From: an uncultured Bacillales bacterium
Lineage (GTDB): Bacteria > Bacillota_I > Bacilli_A > RF39 > UBA660
Assembly (NCBI GenBank): GCA_947648915.1
Contig: CANSPQ010000001.1
Coordinates: 12,429-76,428, forward strand
Direction of reading: 5' to 3'
Length of the DNA stretch: 64,000 nt
The notes beneath the pieces were generated by a model. The model saw nothing but the letters and a program-made list of their open reading frames with translations. It ran no database searches and had not been told where the DNA came from. Shown in pieces: positions 8,433-18,467 of the stretch. The position numbers were made by a program, and so were the translations under genes. Numbering within the stretch: the first letter of the stretch is position 1; every line of letters begins with the position of its first letter.

Positions 8433-9218
8433 TTAAAAATTCATCATCTGCATCATTGCAAATAATAACAATAACAAGATCCCACCACCAGTTGTAACTA
8501 ACATTGTCATTGTCTTATTTTCCATTGTGTCCAAACGATTTTTATATTTCTGTTCACGTACCTTATTTTGTAATGTAGATACAGTTCTTGCAAATAAAAC
8601 GAGTTGTTCCTGTTTGTTTTCTTGTGATCCTAGTCCAAGACGATATAACAAACGCATCATACGCATGGAGTCTCTAACAGGATATTCTTTTGCAAAATCC
8701 ATATAAGGATTTACGCTAGAATCTCCTGCCTCAATTTTTGTAATCATTTTTTCAAGTCCTGGTTTAAAAATCTCAGGTGCGGTATCAATAGATTTACGAA
8801 TTGCGACTGGTACTGTATAGTGTTGCACTAAGATTTCCAAGCTTTTTAGATAATATGGTAACATTTGATTAATTTTGTTTAAATTTGCCTTATAATACTT
8901 TTGTAAACTTGTATATGGCAACTTAAATACTACAAATCCTAAAATGAATGCAAATAATATATTTACAAAGGAAGGATTAGAAAGCATGAAAATGAATATG
9001 ATAAATACAATTACAACTAAACCATTACGCAAACGTTTTGAAAATTCACGGTTGACATCTACTTCATTTCCATGACGTACCGTTAGTAAAAATTTATAGT
9101 CATCTTCCATTAGGAATCTGAAATATGGTTCTGCATCTGTTAAAAACTTTTGTGTATCAATTTTCTTGTTATACTCTAATACAAATAAAATGATTAGTGC
9201 GATTAAAATAAATTCCAT
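8433..9218 (-). CDS. TadC-like (T2SS-F domain) inner-membrane pilus platform protein
   Basis: 261 aa. An N-terminal TM, an internal TM pair and a C-terminal TM with a cytoplasmic helical domain, which is T2SSF/TadBC topology. Start overlaps the upstream TadB stop (ATGA). Confidence 0.5.
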   Translation of the reverse strand: MEFILIALIILFVLEYNKKIDTQKFLTDAEPYFRFLMEDDYKFLLTVRHGNEVDVNREFSKRLRNGLVVIVFIIFIFMLSNPSFVNILFAFILGFVVFKLPYTSLQKYYKANLNKINQMLPYYLKSLEILVQHYTVPVAIRKSIDTAPEIFKPGLEKMITKIEAGDSSVNPYMDFAKEYPVRDSMRMMRLLYRLGLGSQENKQEQLVLFARTVSTLQNKVREQKYKNRLDTMENKTMTMLVTTGGGILLLLLFAMMQMMNF

Positions 9219-10120
9219 TACTCAGCCCCCACATTCTCATTGTAATATTTCTCACCTGATAATAAGAAATAAGTATTGATAATAATAATTGCGTGCAATA
9301 ATAGTTGAACCAAACCATTGTCTAATAATTTAATATAAGATTCTACCCCTAATAAAAACTGAACTAACATAACCATTAAATATAAAATAACACCAAATTG
9401 TAAAAACTTTTTATGGAATTGTGCTCTGTCCAAACGGTCTCTATAAACATTTTCCACCAACATATCAATATCTAGTGACATGTTTTCTAATGCATCACTT
9501 GAGTTTTTTGAACCCTCATTTGTAATTTGTAAGAATAATTGATGCATATTTTTTACGATAAAATAATCATATTTTTGATTCATAAATTGAATAGATTGTT
9601 CAATCGTACCATTTTCATAAGCAAGATCAATCATTGTTTTGACATCTGATCTTACAGGATCTTCTAATACACCTGATTCATAAACACCTTCTAGTGCTTT
9701 GATAAAGGATTGTGTTGTTGCAAATTCCATAATGGTATTGGTAGTATATACTTGAACTTGTTCAAAGATAAATTCACTGTAAATTCTTTTACATCTTAGA
9801 TAAGTAAGGTAAGGAATCGTAATAACAGCAACTACCGCATACACAACTGATAATAATAAATTATAGAAATATAAATATGAAATTACAGCTGCCGCAACGG
9901 CAAATATGATCACTTGTAATGTATATTGTTTTTTGGTATATTCCTGTCCGAGCTCTTTTACTTTTTCTCTTACTTCTTTAAAAGAATAAGGAGCATACTT
10001 ATCATAAACATTTCCTACTTGTTTTGATACATATTTATAGACATTTGTTCCTGCACTATTTCGGTAAGCAAGAATAAATATAATTACAAAAGCAATTAGG
10101 ATAAATACGAATATTTCCAT
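9218..10120 (-). CDS. TadB-like (T2SS-F domain) inner-membrane pilus platform protein
   Basis: 300 aa. N-terminal TM, a roughly 110-aa cytoplasmic domain and C-terminal TMs. Lies directly downstream of the CpaF/TadA ATPase. Confidence 0.5.
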   Translation of the reverse strand: MEIFVFILIAFVIIFILAYRNSAGTNVYKYVSKQVGNVYDKYAPYSFKEVREKVKELGQEYTKKQYTLQVIIFAVAAAVISYLYFYNLLLSVVYAVVAVITIPYLTYLRCKRIYSEFIFEQVQVYTTNTIMEFATTQSFIKALEGVYESGVLEDPVRSDVKTMIDLAYENGTIEQSIQFMNQKYDYFIVKNMHQLFLQITNEGSKNSSDALENMSLDIDMLVENVYRDRLDRAQFHKKFLQFGVILYLMVMLVQFLLGVESYIKLLDNGLVQLLLHAIIIINTYFLLSGEKYYNENVGAE

Positions 10121-10133
10121 TTAAATACCTCCT

Positions 10134-11252
10134 TTATTCATATGAAATATTTTGATTTGTGGTTACTTGTTGTTGATTGTTCACATTATTTTGTGAAGTT
10201 GCTTGTATTACATTAGGTGATAAAATAACACCTTGTGAATCTAGGTAATCAAGTAAATATTTAGAAGGTTGATTTCTAATAACTTTACCTGATGTTGATT
10301 TTTGATAAATTGTATTATATTTCGCTTCATTGTTCTCTGTTACATAGAATTCTGTTACTTCGGCAATTTCACGGACAAAACGTTTGGTTTCTTTATCTTG
10401 ATATCCACGAATATACACGCCTATTTGGATATAACGGTAAATTGTTTTTAAGAATTGGTCAATATCCTGACTTGTCTCTAACAAGCTGTACATACGATGT
10501 GGAATAGAAGAGGCTTTATCCGCATGGATTGTAGATAAAATGTAGTGTCCTGACGAAATAGAGTTACGAACTGCCATTACTGCTTCTGCACTACGTACTT
10601 CGGATAATAATATCCACTTTGGATTTTGTCTCATACAAGTTACCAATACATCTGTATATGAAGCTATATTATTGGTTTTCATCGCAACGATATCACGATG
10701 TGGAAAAATTCGGTCTAAATGAAGTTCTAGTGTATCTTCCACTGTAATGATCTTCTCATTTTCTCTCGTATGAGAAGCTAAGTATTTAATAAATTCGGTC
10801 TTACCTGAACCAGTTTCCCCACATACAATAATATTGCAATGTCCTAAAACACACTGTACTAGAAAATCATGGATATCTAAATCAACGTATTTGTCTTGTA
10901 ACAATTTGTCTTTCTCAAGTCTTATTTTGGCTGGAGTTTTACGAATTACACAAGCAATTCCATTACGAGCAATGGACTCATGAATGAAATTGAGACGTAA
11001 TTCGGCACCCTCTGCATCCAAGAAGGGATGTGCCATATTGAATGACTTTCCCATTACATTGGAACATTGAAATGCTAATTTTTCCATTAATGCATCATTA
11101 ATATCTGGATTTTCAACACGAAAATTTCCTTTGGATAATGTTTTTAAATGAATTTGTCCACCATTACTGTAGGAAATATCAGTAATGTCATCATCCTCTA
11201 AATAAGGTTTGATAGGCCCAAAATCAATTTGGGAGAACATATTATCATTCAT
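10134..11252 (-). CDS. CpaF/TadA-family secretion ATPase (GspE/VirB11 superfamily)
   Basis: 372 aa. Walker A is VCGETGSGKTEF. The Asp/Glu box plus His box, ILLSEVRSAEA...GHYILSTIHA, matches the (V/I)GE(V/I)RgaEA...GHxGxxxTxHA signature of T2/T4 secretion ATPases. Confidence 0.7.
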   Translation of the reverse strand: MNDNMFSQIDFGPIKPYLEDDDITDISYSNGGQIHLKTLSKGNFRVENPDINDALMEKLAFQCSNVMGKSFNMAHPFLDAEGAELRLNFIHESIARNGIACVIRKTPAKIRLEKDKLLQDKYVDLDIHDFLVQCVLGHCNIIVCGETGSGKTEFIKYLASHTRENEKIITVEDTLELHLDRIFPHRDIVAMKTNNIASYTDVLVTCMRQNPKWILLSEVRSAEAVMAVRNSISSGHYILSTIHADKASSIPHRMYSLLETSQDIDQFLKTIYRYIQIGVYIRGYQDKETKRFVREIAEVTEFYVTENNEAKYNTIYQKSTSGKVIRNQPSKYLLDYLDSQGVILSPNVIQATSQNNVNNQQQVTTNQNISYE

Positions 11253-11255
11253 ATA

Positions 11256-12065
11256 TTAACCTTCTACTTGCCCCATTGCTGCAGTTAATTCATCATTTGG
11301 AACAGTATTAGCATTGATAAAGTCTCTTAAAGTTTGTGAACTTACCATAGTGCTTCCCTCTGGTACTACCGCAGTTCCACCATGTGGTACTGGGAATAAT
11401 TCAGCTGAGAAAGCAGTCATGTATTTTCCTTTTAATAACAATACGTTAATTTCTGGTTGTACTCCAAAGATTAAACTACTTGGTGTACGAGCTTCATCGC
11501 TATTTTCAAATACATTTCTTCCTGCAGAATCTTTTACAGCTAATACTTTTACGTTTTCTACTAATTTACCAACCATAAGCTGTCCATTTTCATTTACAGC
11601 TTTCATGTAAATATCAATGTAATTTCCAGGAAAAATTGAATTTCCATAAGTTTTATCCATTGTAACAGCCATATTGTAAGGAACTTCTCCATCGGCTACT
11701 TCAACAAATGCGGAATCTGGTAAATCAGCTTCATTTACTACAACTCCACTATAGAACATACTTCCTTTTGGAATTACAGTATTGTAGTTGCTATATTTAC
11801 CAATCACAAATGCGGATGAACGAATTACGTTACTCTGCAATACAACTGGTGCTACATCGACATATTCAATCATGTCAGATGTAATTCTTGTTCTTGGTTG
11901 AATGGTCTGTGCTGCTACTGGTATTCTTTTAACTGGGTTTACCATTCTGTTAATTTGGATACGATATCCAAAGAATAAGACTAAGATAATCGCGATTACT
12001 CCAATAATCGTAACTGTGTTTTTGTTTCTAAAAAATCTTTTTAATGCAATCATAAAATTATTCAT
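11256..12065 (-). CDS. CpaB/RcpC-like Flp pilus assembly protein (N-terminal TM + SAF-like domain)
   Basis: 269 aa. TM is VTIIGVIAIILVLFFGY. This is followed by IPVAAQTIQPRTRITSDMIEYVDVAPVV, typical of the SAF/CpaB fold. Immediately upstream of tadA. Confidence 0.5.
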   Translation of the reverse strand: MNNFMIALKRFFRNKNTVTIIGVIAIILVLFFGYRIQINRMVNPVKRIPVAAQTIQPRTRITSDMIEYVDVAPVVLQSNVIRSSAFVIGKYSNYNTVIPKGSMFYSGVVVNEADLPDSAFVEVADGEVPYNMAVTMDKTYGNSIFPGNYIDIYMKAVNENGQLMVGKLVENVKVLAVKDSAGRNVFENSDEARTPSSLIFGVQPEINVLLLKGKYMTAFSAELFPVPHGGTAVVPEGSTMVSSQTLRDFINANTVPNDELTAAMGQVEG

Positions 12066-12081
12066 ATTTTTCTTCCTTTCT

Positions 12082-12483
12082 TTAATATGGTGTTTCTAAA
12101 ATCGCATCCAACCGATTGGAAATATCAAAATCGATAATTTCTTCTGTTACATTGGACTGTAATTTAGTGGAAACCCTCAAACTTACTTTTGGAGGTGTTT
12201 CGTTCACATCATATATTTCAACTTTATAAGTATTTCCTATGGTTACACTTTCTGCGAACCTCCTTATAAAGTTTTCAACAAATTTTTCACGATCGATACG
12301 AACAGTACCGGTTCTACGATAAGAGGCTAAGTCAACAGCGTCGTACATAGCCGCTTCTGTAATTTCTTTTAATAGGATATAGTTTTGTTCATCTGTATTG
12401 GTGACATTCTGGAAAAAGAAGATAAAAGCAACTGATGTGACACCGAGTAAGATAACAAATATACCCCAAAACGATTCTTTCAC
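12082..12483 (-). CDS. Small N-terminally anchored protein, pseudopilin/TadG-like candidate
   Basis: 133 aa. Begins MKESFWGIFVILLGVTSVAFIFFF, and the same MKES start is used by the 3925..4347 pseudopilin. Has a single TM and then a soluble domain. Confidence 0.4.
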   Translation of the reverse strand: MKESFWGIFVILLGVTSVAFIFFFQNVTNTDEQNYILLKEITEAAMYDAVDLASYRRTGTVRIDREKFVENFIRRFAESVTIGNTYKVEIYDVNETPPKVSLRVSTKLQSNVTEEIIDFDISNRLDAILETPY

Positions 12484-12495
12484 TTCTTTTCACCT

Positions 12496-15400
12496 CTATC
12501 TTTCTGAACATGCATAGAAATCACTATGTGATGAACTACTGCATACACTTTTATCCGTTTGAAGACCATATAATGGTTCTCTTATAAAATTACTTAAGCA
12601 AGCTACACCATCTTTACAAACTAATGTAAAATCTGCATAGCCATCATCACGAGAATCATTATACCTACGTATTTCTTTAATGGTATTGGTATCTAATATA
12701 AAGGTATAAAGTGGATCTTTCTGATAAACGGCGTTACCCTCTACACCACGGTTTTTTAATATTTGGGTTTCTACTAATTTTACACTATTCCAGTTTGATC
12801 CTGGATATCTTCCTATATGTGGATCTAGACTAAACTTATTGGTAGTATTACTTACCCCTGAGCCAGCTGTTTTCCCTGGGAATGGATTTCTAAGTGAAAT
12901 AGTTCTATAAATGATGTTAATTCCACCATAAGGACAAACAGTATCCTGACAAATTTTAACTGCCTCATCTTTCGAATATCCTGAACTCATATAACTAAAT
13001 ACACAAGGTTTAATATTCATTCCATCATTATATGTTCCATGTGGACAATGGAAATCCTCATTTATATTACATAAAGTACTCACACAATAATCGTAGGTTT
13101 TTCCGTTATTCAAGCAAGAGGTAATTTTAATCGTTCTATCATTTGGACAAAACTTATCATCTTCACATACTTCGTCAAAGGTCTCGTCACTATCACAATA
13201 TAGAATTTGAGCATCAGCACACGTAATCGTTGTAGAACTACTATTAGATCCATATATCTTACAATATAAATCTTTTCCAGCATGTTTTGTTCCCTCTGGG
13301 CAAACACACTCATCAGTAGGTGCATTTGTTACAGAATAATTACATACATATGGGTTTTGATTCGCAAGTTCTGTAAATTTTCCATCTTGGCCTAAACTAT
13401 CTACAATAATATTTAAATCATATGGTTCTTTTACATTTGCCGTAGAAGATATTGGTAAATTACTATATCCAATTTTAATATAGTCAACAGTTGGGATACT
13501 CATTGATGGTTTATTTGTTCTTTTCTCTACATAATGATATAAATTGTCTGGTAAAGAATAGGTTGCGGTTGCTGTAATTGTAATTGGTCTTTCATCAATT
13601 AATCGTACTATTTCTAGATATTTATCCATTAAACCTCCACGCAACGGCAGATCAGAAATTGTATAAGTTTTTAAAACATCTGAATGTTGACGTACATACT
13701 CTGTTGCGTCACATCCCTCACATCCAAAACTCTGACCTGACAACTTTAGTTGATGGGTTGTTCCATATTCTGGATCATTATATGACATAGATGTATCACT
13801 TTCAAAAGAATATAAGTCAGATGGATCCCATTTTGTTTTTCCTGCATATACAATATTGTTTAAAAATTCGGTTGCCCCATTATATGCATTAATATAGTTT
13901 TTACAAACATTAATTTTAGCATTAATAGCATTTAATTCGTTCTGCTTTTTATTCACCAATGCTTCACGTTGACTTTTTTCATTATTAGTACACGTAGATG
14001 TTATTGTTGTGACATTATTAGGTGGATTGTTTCTATCACAATCATTTAGACAGCTGTTGTACTCATCACCTCCATTATGAGGAGTATCAGCACACTCTCT
14101 TTTACAACTGTTTCTTTTATCATAGTTTTGATCTACTGTATTGGTTACTGTTGTACATTTATCTAACTCAGCTCTTGCTTCTTCTAATTCTCTCTGGCTT
14201 TTTAATTGTTGATCTCCATATGCACGATCTCCAATAAATGCGCAAGCATCTTCGGTTGCAAGTCCTTTGCTATCTATTTTTCCTCTTGCTGCAACCGTTC
14301 TTCTTATATTTTCAAGTTCTCCAACATAATTAATACCATTAACTGTTTGGTTTATGTTATTTATATGTGCTTGAAATGTTGTGTTCATATCTTCTTGAGA
14401 CATTGTATTTGGTGAAAATTTAATTTTACAAGTTTTAATTCCCTCATAACTTAAAGAATATAAATTTCCCCAAATAGTATTTAATGTTGCAGTAGATGTT
14501 GGCCATACAATGTGTGTTCCAACAGGTACTGGGTTAGCAATGCCCCCAGGATAATATTGATATGCTTCCTCTTTGCAGTATAACCATGCAACACTTCCGT
14601 CTCCAATCATTCTTGTGGGTTCTCCGTCCTCACTCGCGTTGCCACACTCGCTTCCATCTAATTCTTGCCAATAATGTCCAACGTGTGTTTGATTATCATT
14701 TGCACAAACTGCAGGTGTTCCTATAGTTTTTAATACACCACCTCTACAAACAGGAGCTGGTGGCTCAGAGCAAAAATGTTCTTTACATGCTTCTTCATCC
14801 ATATTGCCACAATCTGATAAGTAGTGCGCATTTCCATTATTATCTGTACAAACATAATCATTAGAATCATCAGGACAATACTGAGCTGCACACTCAACAC
14901 GACATTCCGTCATTTTACTTGGGTTTCCATTCATACAACTAGTGACACAACTTGTAATATCGACATTCTGCATGGTTGGATCTGTGCATGTTATATTTTG
15001 CGGACAATACAAACTTTTACAATAATTTTCTTCCTTGCCACTATTCACACAAGAAGTAATATCATGCGATACATTATTTACATCTGTACAAGTCTTTTTT
15101 TCTGTACAAGGATCACCAGTAATAATTGTTAAAAAGCGTTGATAGTATCCTCCATTTTTATGATGATAAAAATAAAGATTTCCCATATACATTGTTCCTA
15201 TATTTAATATTTCTTCAAAGTCATCTATAGCTTCTTTTGTTAAATTTTGACTTTTATCATTACTATAATGTCTAACTCCAACATAATAACTCATCAATGC
15301 ATTTGACGCATTTCCTTCAAATAAAGTTTTATCAAAACCTGACATTCCATCTGCTCTTAGCCAAAAATATACTTGAGTGACTAGATATTTTACCTGTCCT

Positions 15401-15723
15401 ATTTCACTACCTAAATTCGCATTTAATATATATTGAACGGCTCTTCTATCTCTATTATTTATTATTATTAACGGTAATTGATTATTATTTCTATAATATG
15501 CATTTTCCGTTGGGTCGACACTATATCCTGGGTTTAAACATAATGCTACAGCAGAACTCTTACTATCTGATATTTTTTCAATGTACAGAGTTTTTTTACT
15601 ATTTTTATAACTAAACTCTATTTGCGTCTTTCTAGGCTCTAGTGTCGCACAAAAATCTTCTGCCCCTACATTCACTGTAAACACTGCTAAAAAGATAGTA
15701 AATGCTATTAATATTTTTTTCAT
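12496..15723 (-). CDS. Giant (1075 aa) Cys-rich secreted protein; candidate pilus-associated adhesin
   Basis: Signal peptide MKKILIAFTIFLAVFTVNVGAEDF. Extremely Cys-dense central region (residues ~200-380: ...CPQNITCTDPTMQNVDITSCVTSCMNG...CRVECAAQYCPDD...). A coiled-coil-like segment follows. No LPXTG motif and no C-terminal TM. Uninterrupted 3.2-kb ORF. Confidence 0.55.
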   Translation of the reverse strand: MKKILIAFTIFLAVFTVNVGAEDFCATLEPRKTQIEFSYKNSKKTLYIEKISDSKSSAVALCLNPGYSVDPTENAYYRNNNQLPLIIINNRDRRAVQYILNANLGSEIGQVKYLVTQVYFWLRADGMSGFDKTLFEGNASNALMSYYVGVRHYSNDKSQNLTKEAIDDFEEILNIGTMYMGNLYFYHHKNGGYYQRFLTIITGDPCTEKKTCTDVNNVSHDITSCVNSGKEENYCKSLYCPQNITCTDPTMQNVDITSCVTSCMNGNPSKMTECRVECAAQYCPDDSNDYVCTDNNGNAHYLSDCGNMDEEACKEHFCSEPPAPVCRGGVLKTIGTPAVCANDNQTHVGHYWQELDGSECGNASEDGEPTRMIGDGSVAWLYCKEEAYQYYPGGIANPVPVGTHIVWPTSTATLNTIWGNLYSLSYEGIKTCKIKFSPNTMSQEDMNTTFQAHINNINQTVNGINYVGELENIRRTVAARGKIDSKGLATEDACAFIGDRAYGDQQLKSQRELEEARAELDKCTTVTNTVDQNYDKRNSCKRECADTPHNGGDEYNSCLNDCDRNNPPNNVTTITSTCTNNEKSQREALVNKKQNELNAINAKINVCKNYINAYNGATEFLNNIVYAGKTKWDPSDLYSFESDTSMSYNDPEYGTTHQLKLSGQSFGCEGCDATEYVRQHSDVLKTYTISDLPLRGGLMDKYLEIVRLIDERPITITATATYSLPDNLYHYVEKRTNKPSMSIPTVDYIKIGYSNLPISSTANVKEPYDLNIIVDSLGQDGKFTELANQNPYVCNYSVTNAPTDECVCPEGTKHAGKDLYCKIYGSNSSSTTITCADAQILYCDSDETFDEVCEDDKFCPNDRTIKITSCLNNGKTYDYCVSTLCNINEDFHCPHGTYNDGMNIKPCVFSYMSSGYSKDEAVKICQDTVCPYGGINIIYRTISLRNPFPGKTAGSGVSNTTNKFSLDPHIGRYPGSNWNSVKLVETQILKNRGVEGNAVYQKDPLYTFILDTNTIKEIRRYNDSRDDGYADFTLVCKDGVACLSNFIREPLYGLQTDKSVCSSSSHSDFYACSER

Positions 15724-15734
15724 TTGTACACCCC

Positions 15735-16379
15735 CTAAAATAGGCTACTTTTTTTATTATATCTATAAATTATAATAATTCCACCTACAATAAATATTGG
15801 TAAAACAATATAATAATAATCCAAATAGAATTCCAATATATAATCATATATTCCTTTAATATTCTCTTCTTCTTTTTTTTCAATTGGCTTTTCTTCTACT
15901 ACTTTTAAACTATTTACTTTTTCTTTAAATTCATTATAGGAAAGTGTCATATTTGTAAATTTCTGACACAATTCATTTTCTTCCATCCCGATACATACCT
16001 CATCTTGATAAAATGGATTGTATGGTGGAGTTGTTACATAATGAGAATATAATAACTGATTACTACAATAAATATCATTTGTATAAACATCAAATCGATA
16101 ACTTGTATTTGATCTTAAATTATAAATTGTAATCTCATTACCTTGATAATTATAGGTTTTATTATTCTTAATATCTTTTATGATAAAACCCTCTGGAATA
16201 TTGGATAGCGTAATTTGAAATGAAATGCGTCCATTTTCTTCGGTATAAGTATAACTAGATGTAATATTACTCGCTAATGTTTGATATTTTACTTTATCCT
16301 CATTGGAGCAAATAATTGCCTTTGTTTGAAACGGCAATAGTAAAATAAATAACCCTAAAAGAATTGGCAGTCGTTTCAT
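15735..16379 (-). CDS. Secreted protein with signal peptide and C-terminal TM anchor (214 aa)
   Basis: MKRLPILLGLFILLLPFQTKA signal. C-terminal YIVLPIFIVGGIIIIYRYNKK anchor. Several N-x-S/T sites. Confidence 0.5.
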   Translation of the reverse strand: MKRLPILLGLFILLLPFQTKAIICSNEDKVKYQTLASNITSSYTYTEENGRISFQITLSNIPEGFIIKDIKNNKTYNYQGNEITIYNLRSNTSYRFDVYTNDIYCSNQLLYSHYVTTPPYNPFYQDEVCIGMEENELCQKFTNMTLSYNEFKEKVNSLKVVEEKPIEKKEEENIKGIYDYILEFYLDYYYIVLPIFIVGGIIIIYRYNKKSSLF

Positions 16380-16451
16380 CCTATCTATCCTCTCTTTCTT
16401 ATTATAACATGAATTCCTTAATCTACAAGTGATTATTCAATATTTTTGACA

Positions 16452-18035
16452 TTATTTTACAACAATTTGGTAAATATACTCACGAAATGTGAAAGAAATT
16501 GTAATATGTTCTGCATATTCTAGTTCTTTTGGAACTTCAATGTAATAGACATTTTCCTCGGTCTGTCTATTTGGTTTTACCTGTTTCAAATTATGTATCG
16601 TTTTTTCTTCCCCATTTATTTCATACGTAATCATTCCAAAATCTTTGATTACACTATATAAATCAGATAATTTATGAATATAAGAATTTTCATCTAATGT
16701 AAAATTTCCAACTATTTTCATTAATGTTTTATCATAATTATCACTCATACTTGGTTTAATGTACTCTACTCCTGTTAAACAATTATTAGCTGTAATACAA
16801 TAAATGTAATTATTGATAAAAGTATCCCCTATTTCATAAGAAGCTATCTTGACTTTACTCTTTTTTAAAATACTTTGTGTAAGTGATATCTCTCTACCTA
16901 ATAAATAAGAAGTAGTGGTTTTTGTTGAATCATCAATTGGTGTAATCAATGTTTCAATTACTTTATCATTTTTATCTTGATATTTTAAAATTATTTTTTC
17001 TGTATTCAATTCTTTTGGTAATTCATAGACTAGTATATATGGTTCAAATGTAGTTGTCATATATTCATTATGATAAATATTTCCAAGATCATACATTACT
17101 TCTTTGTAATTATCACTTGCATGAAAAGAAGTATTTCCAATCATTAAAGTAAAACGAGATGGATTAAATACTTTTTTATTTACCTGATAATTCGAACGAA
17201 TTTGATATTGAATCACCAAAAACTTTTTATCCTTTTTAATCTCTTCATTATGATAACTTTTGCTTGTAAGATAACTATTTTCTATATTTATCATAAACTC
17301 GGTTGTCGTAAATGCTTCATTCTGTTTATATATTTTATGATATACTCCTACATTTAAATAAATAACTGCACAAATAACAGCAATAACAAGTAAGGCAATC
17401 ATATGGATCATAAACTTATTTTCTATATATACATATTTCGCATGTCTTAATTTTTTACGTAAATTTCTTTTTAACTGATCCGTATCTAATTCTACGTCTA
17501 TTTCAAATTCTTCATTATCTTCAGATGCGATTTTCAAATCTTCTAAATCTTGGTCAAAATCAAATTTCTTAATATTAAATCCTGTTGCACGCATCGCAAC
17601 TACAATTAAACTTAATGATTGTACGATTAATGCGAATAGGCAAAGATCTTGCATTATTTTTAGAGTTCTTATACTTAGTAATCCTGATTCTAATGTTTTG
17701 ATATTGGTATAACAAAATATAAATACAAATGCCATAAAACTATAAACGAATATATTGAATACATAAAAGCGAATTGGCTTTTTTTTGAAACTCATTAGTC
17801 CCAAAATAATAAATGTTAAAATAAGTACACCAATAATAACAATTATCATAATAGGTGAAAATAAATTAGATGTAATGTTGGTTCCAATGGTAGATAAATT
17901 TGAACTCATATATTCGCTAATGAATCTGAAAATCGTATTGGTTTTGAGCAATAAATATACAATCATAATTGTTAAGGTAAAATGAATTACTTTGAAATAC
18001 TTAATTAAAAATGCAAATGGTTTTCTAAATAACAT
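16452..18035 (-). CDS. Membrane protein: ~6 N-terminal TM helices + large extracytoplasmic C-terminal domain (first gene of right Tad sub-operon)
   Basis: ORF track 16452..18170. The more likely start is the ATG at rc(18033-18035) (MLFRKPFAFLIKYF...), which is preceded by AGGAAGGTGGA. 528 aa. Confidence 0.5.
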   Translation of the reverse strand: MLFRKPFAFLIKYFKVIHFTLTIMIVYLLLKTNTIFRFISEYMSSNLSTIGTNITSNLFSPIMIIVIIGVLILTFIILGLMSFKKKPIRFYVFNIFVYSFMAFVFIFCYTNIKTLESGLLSIRTLKIMQDLCLFALIVQSLSLIVVAMRATGFNIKKFDFDQDLEDLKIASEDNEEFEIDVELDTDQLKRNLRKKLRHAKYVYIENKFMIHMIALLVIAVICAVIYLNVGVYHKIYKQNEAFTTTEFMINIENSYLTSKSYHNEEIKKDKKFLVIQYQIRSNYQVNKKVFNPSRFTLMIGNTSFHASDNYKEVMYDLGNIYHNEYMTTTFEPYILVYELPKELNTEKIILKYQDKNDKVIETLITPIDDSTKTTTSYLLGREISLTQSILKKSKVKIASYEIGDTFINNYIYCITANNCLTGVEYIKPSMSDNYDKTLMKIVGNFTLDENSYIHKLSDLYSVIKDFGMITYEINGEEKTIHNLKQVKPNRQTEENVYYIEVPKELEYAEHITISFTFREYIYQIVVK

Positions 18036-18467
18036 AATCCACCTTCCTATTCTAATATATAGTATATCGTAAAACAGATTAAAAAAAAAGTATTTTTTAA
18101 AAGTACAATTTATTTTATTATAGACAATCATAAACATTTTTCTTACCCATTTTATGTAAATAAATGCCAATTTTTGAATTAAGGGATGAAAATATTAATG
18201 CTTTTATACTTTCAATGAACAAAAATGCCGAAAAACATAATTTTGTTTAGTACATAAAACAAAATTGCTAGCAAATGAAAAAATAGCATAGATTATTCTG
18301 ATAGTATGTGAAGGATATTTATCTAAAATTAGATTATTCTATGATTGAGACATAATGAGAGTTATAAGGATTAGAAAAATATACAATAAATCTGATTGTA
18401 GGCATAGTACATAATATGTTATACTTAATATGTAAAAGTATACATTTAGAAAAAGGTGGCATAAAAT

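Noticed and set aside
10292-11610. Plus-strand ORFs (71 and 98 aa) inside tadA and cpaB-like
   Set aside because: They are antisense to ORFs with clear Walker/His-box and SAF motifs. No translation signals are present.
13110-15132. Five short ORFs on both strands within 12496..15723
   Set aside because: They are embedded in or antisense to the single 1075-aa ORF. Their Cys/His-rich translations are artefacts of the complementary or alternative frame.
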